A stretch of DNA of 64,000 nucleotides from the human T2T-CHM13v2.0 reference genome, Homo sapiens: NCBI RefSeq assembly GCF_009914755.1, contig NC_060933.1; one strand, 5' to 3'. The notes beneath the pieces are model-generated. The model was not told the DNA's origin, ran no database searches, and saw nothing but the letters and a program-made list of their open reading frames with translations. Of the stretch, positions 1-15,528 are shown piece after piece. Made by a program: the position numbers and the translations under genes. The first letter of the stretch is position 1, and every line of letters starts with the position of its first letter.

Positions 1-42
1 TTCACCCACTGCCTGCGTGAGGAGCATGGTTGTTTGTTGTGA

Positions 43-291
<249 letters not shown>

Positions 292-1969
292 TAGCTAATA
301 TTCAGAGCAGCAGGTGGTAAAAAATGCAAGATAAATGTACGTTTTCTTTATTTTATTATTGGTATGGTTTCAAAAAGCAGTTTTGCTACTGAAAAATAAC
401 TATGTAAGATATGTTCTTATAATCTTTGATTTTACTGTTTAAAAAATAAAAATAATATCACACCTTGAGATTTACTCAAAGTAGTATATTCTAAATTATG
501 TTTCATGGAATGATCAGGAATCGAGGTATTAAGTGAAGATTTGTTTTGAAAAAAGAAGAATGGGATTCCTTCATTAAGTTAATTTGAAAAGTTTGCATTG
601 GACAGCTTGATTCTTGCAGGATTTCCCCGAAGCCCTTTTCATGCTACTTAACATTACGAATCTCAGTAGAGGGTTTACTGCACTGCATTTCTCAAACCAG
701 ATTCATCCATGGCATCCTTTTCTGATAGGACATTTCATAACATGTGGTGGAACACTGTCCCACAGCATGGAGCTATTGGAGCTTGGAGCTCCAGTACTGC
801 AGTTCAGAGCTCCAATATTGCAGCTTGGAGCTATTCCAAAATAACTTTCTAATGAACACCTACCTATACATGCAAAAGTTAGAAAGTGAAGATTTACCAA
901 ATAAACTCGTCATCTGTGTATGTCCACTACATATGTAGAAATTGTTCTATTGGCTTAACTGGTATCCAGAAGAGTTGAAGTGTCAAAAAATAGATGCAGT
1001 GCTGGAAAGAAGAGATCTAGATAGTTATGTGACTGAAGCTAAAAGAAATATGCCCCTTGGTTTGGTGAGGCAGAGATTATCAAGAATTAAGGGTGGACTT
1101 CCAGCAAAACATAAAGTAGAAACTAGTTCTGGGTGCAGGTTTGGACTTCCTAAAAAATAATTTCACAGTGACCAATCCCCTTGCTAATATAACTTGACCC
1201 CTCTCTGAACCCTCAAATGAACCAATAACAACTAAAAGAAGAAAAGATAAGAAAGCTCTATCTTCATATTAACTCATCTGTGGTGTATACCTAGGGTCTA
1301 TGTTAACCAACTGGAAAACGTGATGGCACCAATCCCACTGAGTCAAAGAGGGTGCCGAAGGCAGGTTAACAACCCTGCTAGTCTCTGGTGAAGTCCACAT
1401 GCTCAGAAATAGATGGCAGACCTTCAAAATCTACCTAGTGGGTGGCAGATAGGATCCTGTGTTTCATGCCCTGCAGTGGTCAGAGACCCCACCCTGAGTG
1501 ACAATACCCACCCACTCACCTTTCCCTAAGAGGCAGTCCATGGACTGGTAGGTGATGGGGAATGGTGGACCTCGGCCAGCAAAGGGACTGCATGAAGGGT
1601 AAGCCACAAGAGCCAAGCTCCCAGGCAGGCAGGCAGACTCCACCATCTTGAGCACAAAGGCCAGGCGAGAGTACAGCAGGGGTCAGGCTGGCCCTCCTCA
1701 CCCCATTCTTCACACAGTAGCTTCCCAGAAGGAAGCCCCTTCAGAGGTGAACCACTGTGAGAAAGGCATCAGCATGGGCCTGGATAGAAATAGCAGGGAA
1801 ACAGAGCAATGAAGACAGCAGCCTAGGATGACCAGCATGGGACATGCTGGAGAAAGAAGCCTGTTGTAATGCTGGATGTACCTCATCATGATCATTACAG
1901 AAAAGAAGACAGCCTGTCTGAAACAAGGACACAGAGGAGATAGAGAAAATGAAACATGAATGCTGGGCA

Positions 1970-2514
1970 CCTTATCCACTGCTGTATAACAAATCACCCC
2001 AAACTTACTGCCAAAAACACCACCAGGTGTTGGTTTCCCTGCCGTCCTGCTGTGTGGGCAGGGCCAGGTAGGCAGGGTTCAGTGCGTCTGCTCACACAGG
2101 GGATTGCACAGTGGCCCGAGGGACAGGAGGACCGTTTCCACTCTGCTCACTCACACTACTCAGCCACTGAGCAGCTGGTTAGACACAGCCCATGCTGGAG
2201 ACCTCTGCGGGGCTGTCAGCCAGCTCACCTGCACATGGCCTCTCCTTGGGGCCCTTGGGCTTCCCTTGGGCCCATGCTTCCCTTGGGCAGCATGGCAGCT
2301 GCGGGCTGAGAGCAGTTACCCAAGAGGCAGGAAGTGGGGGCTGCCAGGCCTATAAAACCAGGCCCAGAAACTACCTCAGGGTCACTTCCACCTGATCCTA
2401 TTGGTCAGAGCAGCCAAGGCCACCAGCTTCAAAGGATGGGATAGATAGAACCACCCTTTTGAGGAGAAGTGTCAAAGAGTCAAAGAACATGGGGCCAATT
2501 CTAAAACTGCTGTA
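1970..2514 (-). mobile_element. Old MaLR LTR (MLT1-type)
   Basis: Motifs gctgtataacaaatcaccccaaactta, cacatggcctctcc and tcacttccacc..ctattggtcaga are typical of reverse-oriented MLT1. Confidence 0.65.
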
Positions 2515-2548
2515 GATATTAAACAGCATACCATTAAAAAGTAAACTA

Positions 2549-3277
<729 letters not shown>

Positions 3278-5470
3278 TCAGTCATAGCAGATTCACAGGA
3301 AGCTCACAATGCAACCCTTTTAAAAGTGACTTATTTGCATGTGCTGACCTAGAAATATGTCTACTATACATGGTTAGGTAGAAAAATTAAAAAGTACAGT
3401 GCTCAAAGAATATGCCCCTAGTTTTATGACCAGAAAAAAGTATACACTACCTATTTATGCATGTATCTAGGTTATTCTGAAGACAGCCTAAATTTCATTG
3501 CATTTAAGATTTGTCAAAGGTTTACTTTTTTCATCAGTTCAAAATTCAGAAGAAACCTGAAATAACACACATGGTTGTATTGTTCATGACTTGTAAGATC
3601 AAAATTTTAAAATAGCACACAAGGTGATGGAAACAGAAGTATAATCAGTTGTATCATTTGGAAGAGAAGTGCCAGGGCACCTTATGGTCTCCAGATTGAT
3701 GTCCTGAATGTCTCCTTGTGATCCACTGTAGTGTCATGAAATCAGTTTTCACTGAAATCATGTCCCCCTCTCCACCCCAATGAGACCTCACACAGGTGAC
3801 ATCAGCAGAAGATAACCAGACTCCGCTGTGTGCCCCCTGAATCCCAAACCCAGAGAGAGGGTTTTGCTATGCAGTTTTGACCTCTGTACTATCACTTGCT
3901 TTTTAAAATTAGGAAATTAGAATGCTTAGATCATTTTTTAATGATGCTAGCAAGTAGTGCATGCTAAAATAATTGACCTGGGTGGAGAACTGATCAAGAT
4001 GGACAACTAAATGCAACTAGTATATGCTCCTCCGTAGAGACGGACCAAAATAACAAGTACATATTCACACTTCCAATAGATGGTCTAAGAGAGAACACAG
4101 ATGCAACCAAGGAGCGACAGGAAGCACCAAAAGCAAAGCACAGGGAAACAAGGCAGCCTGCTTGGCCAGGAATGACTGGGAGCTGGGAGAAGCTTCCAGA
4201 TATGGGGAAAGCATAAATGAGAGATCCCCAGGGCTCCACATTCCCGCCAAGGACTTCTACAATCCTAGCGACAGAAGAACCCCTCGACCCACGTGGGCCT
4301 TAAGACTAACATAGGGAGCTGCCTAGGGATCACACAGAGGCATTGCTCCATAGAGGGAACTCACGCTGAGTCCCACAGGCTTCCAAGCTCTGAGTAGCTG
4401 CAGCTTGGTGCCATACTGAGAACCAAGTCCCCAAAGGACTGCATCTTGCCCTGGGACTATTGCTGATGCTGCCATCACCAGGCCAAGGACAGAGGGGAGA
4501 ATGGACACCTTCACACACCCCAGGGACAGATCCCCCTGCTGCTACAGGCTGCTGTGGGGCTGAGACACAAGCAAATCACACCCCCTATAGCTGCCTGCCT
4601 ACACTGCTCCCCCTGAGAATGTCCGCAGCCTCCCCAGGAGCAGGCCCATAGCCAGCGCCATTCTGAGAGCCAAGCCTCCAAAGGTCTGTGTCCTTCCTTG
4701 GGCCAGGGCTGATGCTGCCACTGCCCCGCCACACAGGGAGAAGGGAGGCCAGGCACTTTCACATGCCACAAAAACAAATACCACCACCACTGCTGAGGGC
4801 TGCTGTGGGACCAAGGCTCAAGAAGACTGCATATCCCACAGCTACCTGCCTACTCTGCACCTATTGAGAGTGGCCCTACCCTTTCTGGTGGTAGGCCTTC
4901 AGGGCAGCCACTGCTGGCAACCTAGAGACCACCCCTCCCTGCGTATCACAGCCAGCAGCTGAATGCACCACCAGGGAGCCTGAGCACAAGTCCATTGGCC
5001 TAGTCACATGCCCCAATACTTGAGCATGACATCCTGTTGCAGCCACCGCCAACACCAACATGGACCACTTGGGTTCCAGTGAGTTGCCCTACCACCATTA
5101 CTGCCATCACCCACATCACACCCACTCCCCAGGAACCCAAGAACCTGCCCACATGCCCAGCCACTGCAGCATCCACACAATCTACCTGAAAGCCCAAGGG
5201 TCAGCCTTCTTAGACCTACTAACACCAGTGCTAGTGTATACCGCCCTAGGGCCCAAGGACAGGCATACTCAGCTCACTGCTGTCACCACTGGGGTCTGAA
5301 GACTGGCCCACCTAGCATCCTATTCACAGTACACCTTCACAACAGCCTCCACTAATAACCATACCCTAAGGCACTGAGAAAATCACAGGTGTCACTGAGG
5401 CTGTTTATGGCCATAGAAATTATACATAGATTAAATACTGCATTCACCCCAAATCAAACCCAAAGTGCCC

Positions 5471-6850
5471 TACATATATATATGTGTGTGTGTATATATA
5501 TATATACACATACGTGTATATATACACACATACACATACGTGTATATATACACACATACACATACGTGTATATATACACACATACACATACGTGTATATA
5601 TACACATACACATACACATACGTGTATATATACACACATACACATACGTGTATATATACACGCATATACACATACACATACGTGTATATATACACATACA
5701 CATACACATACGTGTATATATACACACATATACACATACACATACGTGTATATATACACACATACACATACGTGTATACATACATACACACATACGTGTA
5801 TATATGCATACATATACACATATGTGTGTACATATACATACATATACACATATGTGTACATATACATATATACACATACACATATGTGTACATGCACATA
5901 TATACACACACATATGTGTACATGCACATATATACACATACACATATGTGTACATGCACATATATACACATACACATATGTGTACATGCACATATATACA
6001 CATACACATATGTGTACATGCACATATATACACATACACATATGTGTACATGCACATATATACACATACACATATGTGTACATGCACATATATACACATA
6101 CACATATGTGTACATGCACATATATACACATACACATATGTGTACATGTACATATATACACATACACATATGTGTACATGTACATATATACACATATACA
6201 CATATACACATATGTGTACATGTACATATATACACATGTACACATATGTGTACGTGTACATATATACACATATACACATATGTGTACATGTACATGTATA
6301 CACATATACACATGTGTACATGCACATATACACATATGTGTACATACACATATACACATATGTGTGTATATACATATACACACATATGTGTGTACATATA
6401 TACATATATACATATATACATATATACACATATGTGTACATATGTGTATATATACATATATATACACATATATATGTATATATACACATATGTGAATATG
6501 TATATATGTGTTATATATACACATATGTGTATATGTATATATACATATATACACATATGTGTATATATACATATATACATATACACATATGTGTATATAT
6601 AACACATATATACACATATGTGTATATATAACACATATATACACATATGTGTATATATAACACATATATACACATATGTGTATATATACATATATACATA
6701 TACACATATGTGTATATATAACATATATACATATTCACATATGTGTATATATACATATATATACATATGCACATATGTGTATATATATACACACATATAT
6801 GTGTATATATATATATACCCAACATATATATACCCAACAACATATATATA
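5471..6850. repeat. ~1.38 kb alternating purine-pyrimidine (TA/CA/TG) compound repeat with 24-32 bp higher-order units
   Basis: Directly visible, e.g. CATACACATATGTGTACATGCACATATATACA repeated in tandem at ~5935-6150. Confidence 0.97.
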
Positions 6851-6951
6851 TTTTCAGGAAAAAGACCTCCTCTACAAAAGCAATTTCAAAAAACTGGAAG
6901 AAATGACTGTTGTACCACATGGGCAGATATCAATGTAAGAACACAGGAAAC

Positions 6952-7916
6952 ATGAAAAAGCAAGGAAATATGATACCTCCAAAGGAACACACAATTCTCC
7001 AGCAAAAAAATCCCAATCAAAAAGAAATTCACAAAACCCCAGATGAACAATTCAAAATATTGATTTTAAAGAAGCTAAATAAGATATAAGAGAATTCTGA
7101 AAAACAATAGAGAGAATTCAGAAAAACAGTTCAGGATATGAATGAGAAATTTATCAAAGAAATAGATATTTTTAAAAGAACCAAACAGAAATTCTGGAAC
7201 TAAAGATTCATTGAATGCAATAAAAAATACATCCCAAACTCCACCAATAGACTAGATCAGGCAAAAGAAAGAATCTCAGAACTTGAAGACAGGTCTTTTG
7301 AAACAACCTATTCAGACAAAAATAAAGAGAAAAGAATAAAAAAGAATGAGCAAACCCTTCATGATATATGGGGCAGTGTAAAGCAACTGAATATTCAAAT
7401 CATCAGTGTCCCCAAGGGTGAAGAGAGAATGAAAGATTAGAAATCCTATTTAATGAAATATTAGATCAAAACTTCCCAAATATAACAACAAACCTAGACA
7501 TCCAGATGCAGGAGGCCCAAAGGTCCCCAAACAGATACAATGCAAAATCATCTTCTCCACAGCACGTTATAATCAAACCACTTAAAGTCAAAGCAAAAGC
7601 AAATATACTAAAAAGAGCAAAAGAAAATCTTCTAATTACCCATAAAGGAACCACCATTAGACTAACAGTGGATTTCTCAGCAGACACCTTACAGGCCAGG
7701 AGAGAAGGGGATGACATTTTCAAAGTGCTGAAAGAAAAATACTGCCACCCAAGGAGACCATGTCCAGCAAAACTATTCTTCATAAATAAAAGAAAAATAA
7801 AGCCTTTCCCAGGTAAGCAAACACTGAGGGAATTCATCACCACTAGACTGATCCTAGAAGAAATACTCAAAGGAATCTTAAACGTGGAAGTAAAAGGACA
7901 ATATTTACCATCATAA
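6952..7916 (+). pseudogene. Disabled L1 ORF1p remnant
   Basis: ATGAAAAAGCAAGGAAATATG start. ORF 7506-7916 (QEAQRSPNRYN..IRLTVDFSADTLQARRE..IFKVLKE..PAKL..LREFITTR) matches the RRM/CTD of ORF1p; the upstream part is frameshifted. Confidence 0.85.
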
Positions 7917-8260
7917 AAACACACAAAAGTATAAAACTCACTGGTAAACCAAACATACAAATAATCCTGTTAAATAGTGGGCTAAGAACATAGATAGACA
8001 TTTCTCAAAAGAAGATATACAAATGGCCAACAGGTATATGAAAAAATGCTCAATATCACCAAACAGCAGGGAAATGCAAATTACAAACACAATGAGATAC
8101 CATCTTACCCCGGCTAGAATGGCTGTTATTAAAAAGACTTTTTTTTAAAAAATGCTTTGCAGATGCAGGAAAAAAAGGAACTCTTATACACTGTTTGTGG
8201 GAATGTAAATTAGTATAGTCACTACGGAAAATATTAGAGAGACTTCTCAAAACAAAAACA

Positions 8261-8568
8261 GGCTGGGCACGGTGGCTCACACCTGTAATCCCAGCAGTTT
8301 TGGAAGCCCGAGGCGGGCAGATCACAAGGTCAGGAGATCAAGACCATCCTGGCTAACACGGTGAAACCCTGTCTCTACTAAAAATACAAAAAATTGGCCA
8401 GGCCTGGTGACAGGTGCCTGTCATCCCAGCTACCTGGGAGGCTGAGGCAGAAGAATGGCATGAACCCAGGAGGCGGAGCTTGCAGTGAGCTGAAATCACA
8501 CTACTGCACACTCCAGCCTGGGCGATAGAGTGAGACTCCATCTCAAAAACAAAAAGAAGAAAAAAAAA
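8261..8568 (+). mobile_element. AluY-like element inserted in the L1
   Basis: Alu dimer with ctggctaacacggtgaaaccc and gaatggcatgaacccaggaggcggagcttgcag; A-rich tail. Confidence 0.92.
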
Positions 8569-8775
8569 CTAACTACACATAGAATTACCATATGATCCAG
8601 CAAGTCTACTATTGGGTATTTATCCAGAGGCAAATAAACTTGTATCAAAGGGACACATACACTCAACGTGCTTATCATAGAACTATTCACAATAGCAAAG
8701 ATGTGGAATCAACCTAACTGTCCATGGATGGATGAATGGATAAAGAAAATGTGGTGTGTATATATATATATACAC

Positions 8776-9030
8776 CTCTAGAGGTGTTCACTGGTTACTT
8801 AGGGTACACCCTATGTAAATGAAGAGGCTAAAGTGAAGTTACAAAGTTATTTACTTGGTGTACACCCTATGTAAATGAGGAGGATGAAGTAATGTTACAA
8901 AGTCATTTACTGAGTGTACACCCTGTGTAAATGAAGAGGATATTTCCTGTCATAGCTGAAGTGTTTCCATTTGATTTAGTTCTAGGAAGTCCTTAGGTTC
9001 CCTGCCTCCAGGCCCTATTCTCCTGTCTCA
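8776..9030 (-). mobile_element. ERV1-class LTR fragment (MER51B-like) with three ~55-bp internal repeats
   Basis: Ends ccttaggttccctgcctccaggccctattctcctgtctca, the reverse complement of the MER51 start; gtacaccct(a/g)tgtaaatga occurs three times. Confidence 0.7.
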
Positions 9031-9225
9031 ATTTCACTCAGCATAATGTCCTCTAGGCTCATGCATATTGTAGTGAATTCCCTTCCTTTTGAAGGCTGAA
9101 TGCTATTCCATTGTCTATATAGAGGGTGTTTTGTTTATCCACTCATCTGCTGAAGGACACTTGGGTTGCTTTCATGTTTTAGCTATTGGGAATAATGCTG
9201 CTATGAACATGAATGTACACAATTT
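9031..9225 (-). mobile_element. Old L1 3'-end fragment (antisense)
   Basis: tttcactcagcataatgtcctctagg..ggacacttgggttgcttt..aatgctgctatgaacat motifs. Confidence 0.75.
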
Positions 9226-9232
9226 TATGCTT

Positions 9233-9543
<311 letters not shown>

Positions 9544-9589
9544 CACAATTTTATTCTTAATGGAATTTCTCCCTCTGCTTTGCTTTTAG

Positions 9590-9769
<180 letters not shown>

Positions 9770-10355
9770 TAGAACAGATAAGCACCAGATTGTCTTTACA
9801 ACAACCTGAAAATCCTAATCTGAGTCTCTCATTATCTTTTACCAGTAAGCAGTTAATGTGCCCTCAGTCTATTCCAAACTGAGAATGAAATATCTGATGC
9901 TCACTGAAGAGTGTGTTTTTCCCATTGTGTGTCAACACATGTAAATATACACAAAATATAACCCAGATCATTACTCATTAGAGTTGAAATAGAAATAATG
10001 ACTATTTACAGTATCTTAATTACATTTTTTAGATCTTTTAATTAAAACATATATACCAAAAAGGGCACAACTCTTAGCATGCAGTACAGTGGTTTTCCAC
10101 AAATGAAACATACCCATGAAATCAGCCCCCAGATGAAGAACAGAACCCCAGAAGCCTGTTTCCTCTGCACACACAGCCTTCCCCAGGGGTGACCCAACTG
10201 ACTCCAACATCACAGATTAAGTGCTCCTGTTTTTATACTTCGTATAATTGAAATCATACAATGTGTACTCCTTCATGTCTTGGAGTGGCTGTTTTGTTTT
10301 GTTTGACTAACACCTTTAAAAAAAAAAAAGCTTATGCATATCTTGCATGTTGTAG

Positions 10356-10469
<114 letters not shown>

Positions 10470-12637
10470 TGAGTACCTGACACTGACTGTGATGTATTCA
10501 GATGCTCTGGAAACAGGTGAAATGGTTGGGCGTCTAAAAAAAAGGATAAAGTTCACCTTTTCATGAATCAGGAATGTGCCCGCTTTCTAAACAAACAACG
10601 GTGGGGGCTGGTCTTGCTTTAGAGACCTTGCTTTCTGGCCCATGCACTTACATGTAGTAGAGCCTAAAGAGCAAGTTTAGATGGGGACTCTAACCCGAGT
10701 GTCCAAATTTAAATGTCGATAATGGTGGAGAGATGGGGCAAGGGCAGTCAAAGTAAAAAAGTGTTTGTAAGAGTTTGGGGCTGGATGCCATTTTTGGCAT
10801 AGAGGATGGCAGAAGCACTCGGTAGGGGATGGTATACTTTCCTGACTCCCTGATTACCATGAGCAGTGAGGGGTGACCTCGGACTCTGGCCAGCTCACAG
10901 ATACATTGGCTAAGGTTGCACTTCCCTAGAATCTACCTCATCCTTGAAGTGGTGGCCTCAGTCCACCCTGACTGCCGTCATACGTCTCGCTTAGTGGATC
11001 CCAGGTGCTGTTATGCTTTTAAAGTACACCTGGCATTATTCTTAGGTGATGTTCAGGGCAGCTCAGCAAGGAAGGAAAATGCATTGCCACTGAAAATTAG
11101 GAGTACAGTTTTGCCAGGCTCAGCAGCCTGCTTGTGCGTGCATAGCACGGTGACCCCAAGCCGCCATCTCCAGCTCCCTGGTACTGAACTGTGCACACAG
11201 AGCCCACACAGCTGAAAATCGATGTGGTTTGTGATCAGGAGGACATCACAAATCCTGGCCATGGATTTGATGCTTTGCGGAATCAGGTTTGCCTTCAGAT
11301 ACAGCTGACATTGCCAGAGCCTCTGAAAGATGAGGGCTATTCCAAATGCTGCAGATGCCACCTGGGATTCCGAGACCTCCCCTCCCCACCCTGGGAGTAT
11401 CACTCTACCACAATTGTGAGTGACAGGGAAATAATCTCATTCTCTATCTAGAAACCACCCAGGGGGCAGCCACAAAGGCAGCAGGCAAACTGTGGGTATA
11501 TGCTTCCCTGCCCCTGCTGCTGCCGTGGCTCAGGAGAGGAGCCTGGCCTGGGCCCCGGAGCATCTTCTCCAACCCCAAGTGTTAGTGCAACAGGGAGAGC
11601 TAAGTGTCAGCAAGAGGGAAGTGCTACTCATGGATCTAAGAGGATGTTTATTCCTAAGTCTTGGCTTAATTCTCCCAGTGCCTAAACTAGAATCGTAAGA
11701 ACCATTGGCAGGTAGGCACTGGCAGCACTGGACCCTGGGGAGGGCAGCCCTTGGGCACGTGGCAGCCTATGACCCTTTACTGAAAGTGTTCTTTGGTCCA
11801 GCCTGCAGCTCCCTTTGCAAGGCTTCCCTTCTTGTAGAAGGGTGAGGAGGGTAGAGTTTAAATCATTGTGATACAAATGCAAAAACTTTGAATTAAAAAT
11901 GAACTCGCAGTGGGGGAGTTTTTGCATTTAACGTTGATGCTGATCTATGTACTTCTGTCGATTCTTCTTTGTGGTGTGTGTTTAACAGTGAGGAGTGAAA
12001 GGTGGGTGGGAAGAGAGCAGGGTGCGCAGCCAGGGGCACCACCTCCCACTTGGCTCCCAGGTGGGTGCAGTGAGGCTGCTGAATACCCTTTGGGCTCGTG
12101 GTGTATTCTTGTGACTCAAGGAATCAGGATAGGGGCTGCTGGGCCGACCTCTGTCCTCCATGGACGCACGTAACAGTGGGCAGTTATTTCCAGAGTGGTC
12201 CACCAGGGGCAGACCGGGGAGGGAAAGCAGTCTACGTGATATTCACTGGATGTTCACCAGAATTACAGCAAAGTAGAGCAGTAGAACAGTCTCCTTAAGA
12301 GAGTATTCTTTCTAAACGTATTTTCCCGCCTGGAGATTTAAGATGGAACCTGAGTGAGGTTCACAGGCAGGCAATGTCTTTCCCCTTGGTTCCCACCCCA
12401 GTCCGCTCTGCAGGGGTGCATTTCAGTGAGTTCTGCAGGCTTGGAGGAGTCAGCTCCAGGGCACAAGCCCCAGTCAAAAGGAAATCATGACAATGGCCCA
12501 TGCCCCATATTAGAAATCACAGCTCTTTATCAGACTTTGATTTATTTCCCAACAAAGCTATATTTCTGAAGGTTACAGTGTTTCTAGTAGTGACCTCAAA
12601 CAGGGTTGGGGGAGGTGGGGAGATGTTCTGAAACTTT

Positions 12638-13532
<895 letters not shown>

Positions 13533-13801
13533 CTTTGTCTAAACATAAGAAATTCAATGAGGTGCAGTTGAATGAAAAAAAAGGAAAAGATTCCTTGGAG
13601 CAGGGCCACAAGGAGAACTCAGAAGCGCCAAGGGCTGGTCCTGGTAACCCGGGCTATTGCTTGAGGCCCTCCAGAAGATGCAGGGGGTCCCTCACTGCAG
13701 GCATTGTCATCAGTTCCAGGGTGTGGTCCTGGAGGGAATTCAAAGGGACTTCCCAGCCTCAATGACAAAGCCCTGAGAAGGCAGACAGCATCCCTCACCC
13801 T

Positions 13802-14375
13802 TGTAAGACAGCCAGAGATTACCTCCAACCCCTTTTTAGTCTTAATGGACTCTTCAGCTGGACCTAGAAACCAAATTGATACCAGGCCAGATTAACAAAA
13901 GAAAAGCTTACCAATTTTACTAGTTTTACATGTTTATGGGGATCCTCACAAGACAGTGAAGTCTAAAGAAGTGGCCAAAACAACATGCTTTTATAATCTT
14001 TAGACAAAGAACCATACATTTAAGGAGAAATGACAGGACAAATAAAATCTGGCTAGAAGGAGTACATTTTCTAGAGAAGGCGCTAGGAGATATGAGGAGG
14101 GTGTAAAACCAGTGGAAGATAAGGGATACTGTGTTAAATATGTTTACTCAGGCCCATTGCAGCTCCAATGCCCAGTGTCTGATGATAAGGGGCATTTTCT
14201 CATCCTGCTACAGGAAGGGTCTCCTTCCCAGAGGAATCTTTATGGCTTGCTGCAGGCGTGAAGAGACAGGTCAGTTAGTCCTATCCGAAACTACAATGTA
14301 TCCAATATTTTCAACTCAAAATAATCAATATCCCAATCTGGCATATTTTGGGATGGCCCATGCTTCACTCCTTCC
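13802..14375 (-). mobile_element. ERV1-class LTR (MER34/MER39-like)
   Basis: cagattaacaaaagaaaagc and terminal aaaataatcaatat..ggcatattttggg.tggc motifs. Confidence 0.6.
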
Positions 14376-15369
14376 CCCTCTCACTTTCCAAAGAGGAAAC
14401 ACAACATCAGAGTCCTGCCCTGTGCAGGTCACTCAAGGAGGCAGCGTGAAAGCCAGGAAGGAAACACTGGCCCTAAGAAAAGCAGGAATCAGTCAGGAAG
14501 CCTTCCACTGTAGTGTTTTCCAGAGCCAAGTCATGCTTGGGGTGATTAAAGACACCAGTGGGGAAAGCCCTTGCAAATGGAGAGAAGTTGGTGCTCTTGA
14601 TCCTGAAAAACGGTTTCCTAATAGTCCCAGCCCTCCAGTGGGGGCCTCTGCCGAATGGAGAAATTTCCTGGGCTCTCCAGGTTCTCTGAGAGTCAGGGAG
14701 GCTCTAGATGCGGCTCAAATTCCTGTTTAAAGATCAACAAGCCCAAGATAAAACATGAATTCCCAGGACCTTGGTGAGATGTCCCCTGGCTCCCTGCACA
14801 ACCTCAGCTCCAAGGCTTTCCTCTGAGCGGCACATCCTCTGAGAGCCCTGGGTCATTCACAGGGTCGGTGGCCACTGCCGGAGCTCCTGCTATGCAGGCT
14901 GCCACCCCAGGTGCAAGCCTCACAGAAGCCTCAGACCCTGTCCCTATCAGACCTTATAGTTGGGGCTGGGGCAGACAGGCAATAAACAATAAGCTAAAAA
15001 TAAGTGTGTCCTATGATGTGTCTTAGGAAAGGGATGACTCCAGTGGGAATTCTAAGCAAGGAGGGCACAGGGGCCTGGAGGATATCACGTGTATATATGG
15101 GGTTTTTTAAGCCCTCTCGTGTCAAAGTAGTTTCTCACAGTTGCCTGCAGCACAGAAGCACATTGGAGCTTCTAGAATGTGGTGGATTCAATGAAGGGAC
15201 TACAGGTGGTCCTAGTATATTCTCTGTTTTGTTTTGTTTTGCTTTGTTTTTTCATTTTTTCCTCAGTAGTAAACAGCCACTCTCTCCAAGGTGATATATA
15301 GAGACAGACAGAGAGAGCGGGAGGGAGGTAGATGAAGGGAGAGAAGGAGGGAGGGAGGGAGAGAAATAG

Positions 15370-15528
15370 TCTCATTAGCACAAACCCAGGTATGGTTGAA
15401 GGGGGTTTATTATGAGTAACAAAAGATGCTGCTTTCAGCCCAACAATCAGGAAATTCCAAGGGTTTTAGGAGCTCTGTGCCAGGAACCCAGGATAAAGAC
15501 CATATATCTCTTTATATAAAATCACACA
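15370..15528 (-). mobile_element. MER21-like LTR fragment
   Basis: ggaaattccaagggttttaggagctctgtgccaggaacc motif. Confidence 0.6.

Larger units (their letters stand above)
3980..8775 (+). mobile_element. Old L1 (L1MA/L1M1-like): 5'UTR and ORF1 joined directly to the ORF2 3' end; interrupted by a simple-repeat expansion and an Alu
   Basis: L1 5' start (..tcaagatggacaactaaatgca), GC-rich 5'UTR and ORF1 remnant. At ~7960 the sequence switches to ORF2 3'-end motifs (gacatttctcaaaagaagatatacaaatggccaacagg; ggaatcaacctaactgtcc). Confidence 0.85.

Noticed and set aside
5389-6955. Many 340-450 aa ORFs on both strands (H/I/Y/T/C/V/M-rich)
   Set aside because: They are translations of an RY simple repeat that lacks stop codons; they are open in all frames and have no domain signal.
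8800-8940. Three regularly spaced direct repeats superficially like a CRISPR array
   Set aside because: They are tandem units inside an ERV1 LTR with non-unique spacers; the context is eukaryotic with no cas genes.
14131-14730. 199-aa ORF in the last SYK intron (also the 219-aa ORF at 53199-53858)
   Set aside because: Both have non-ATG starts and no domain features, and the first is partly LTR-derived.
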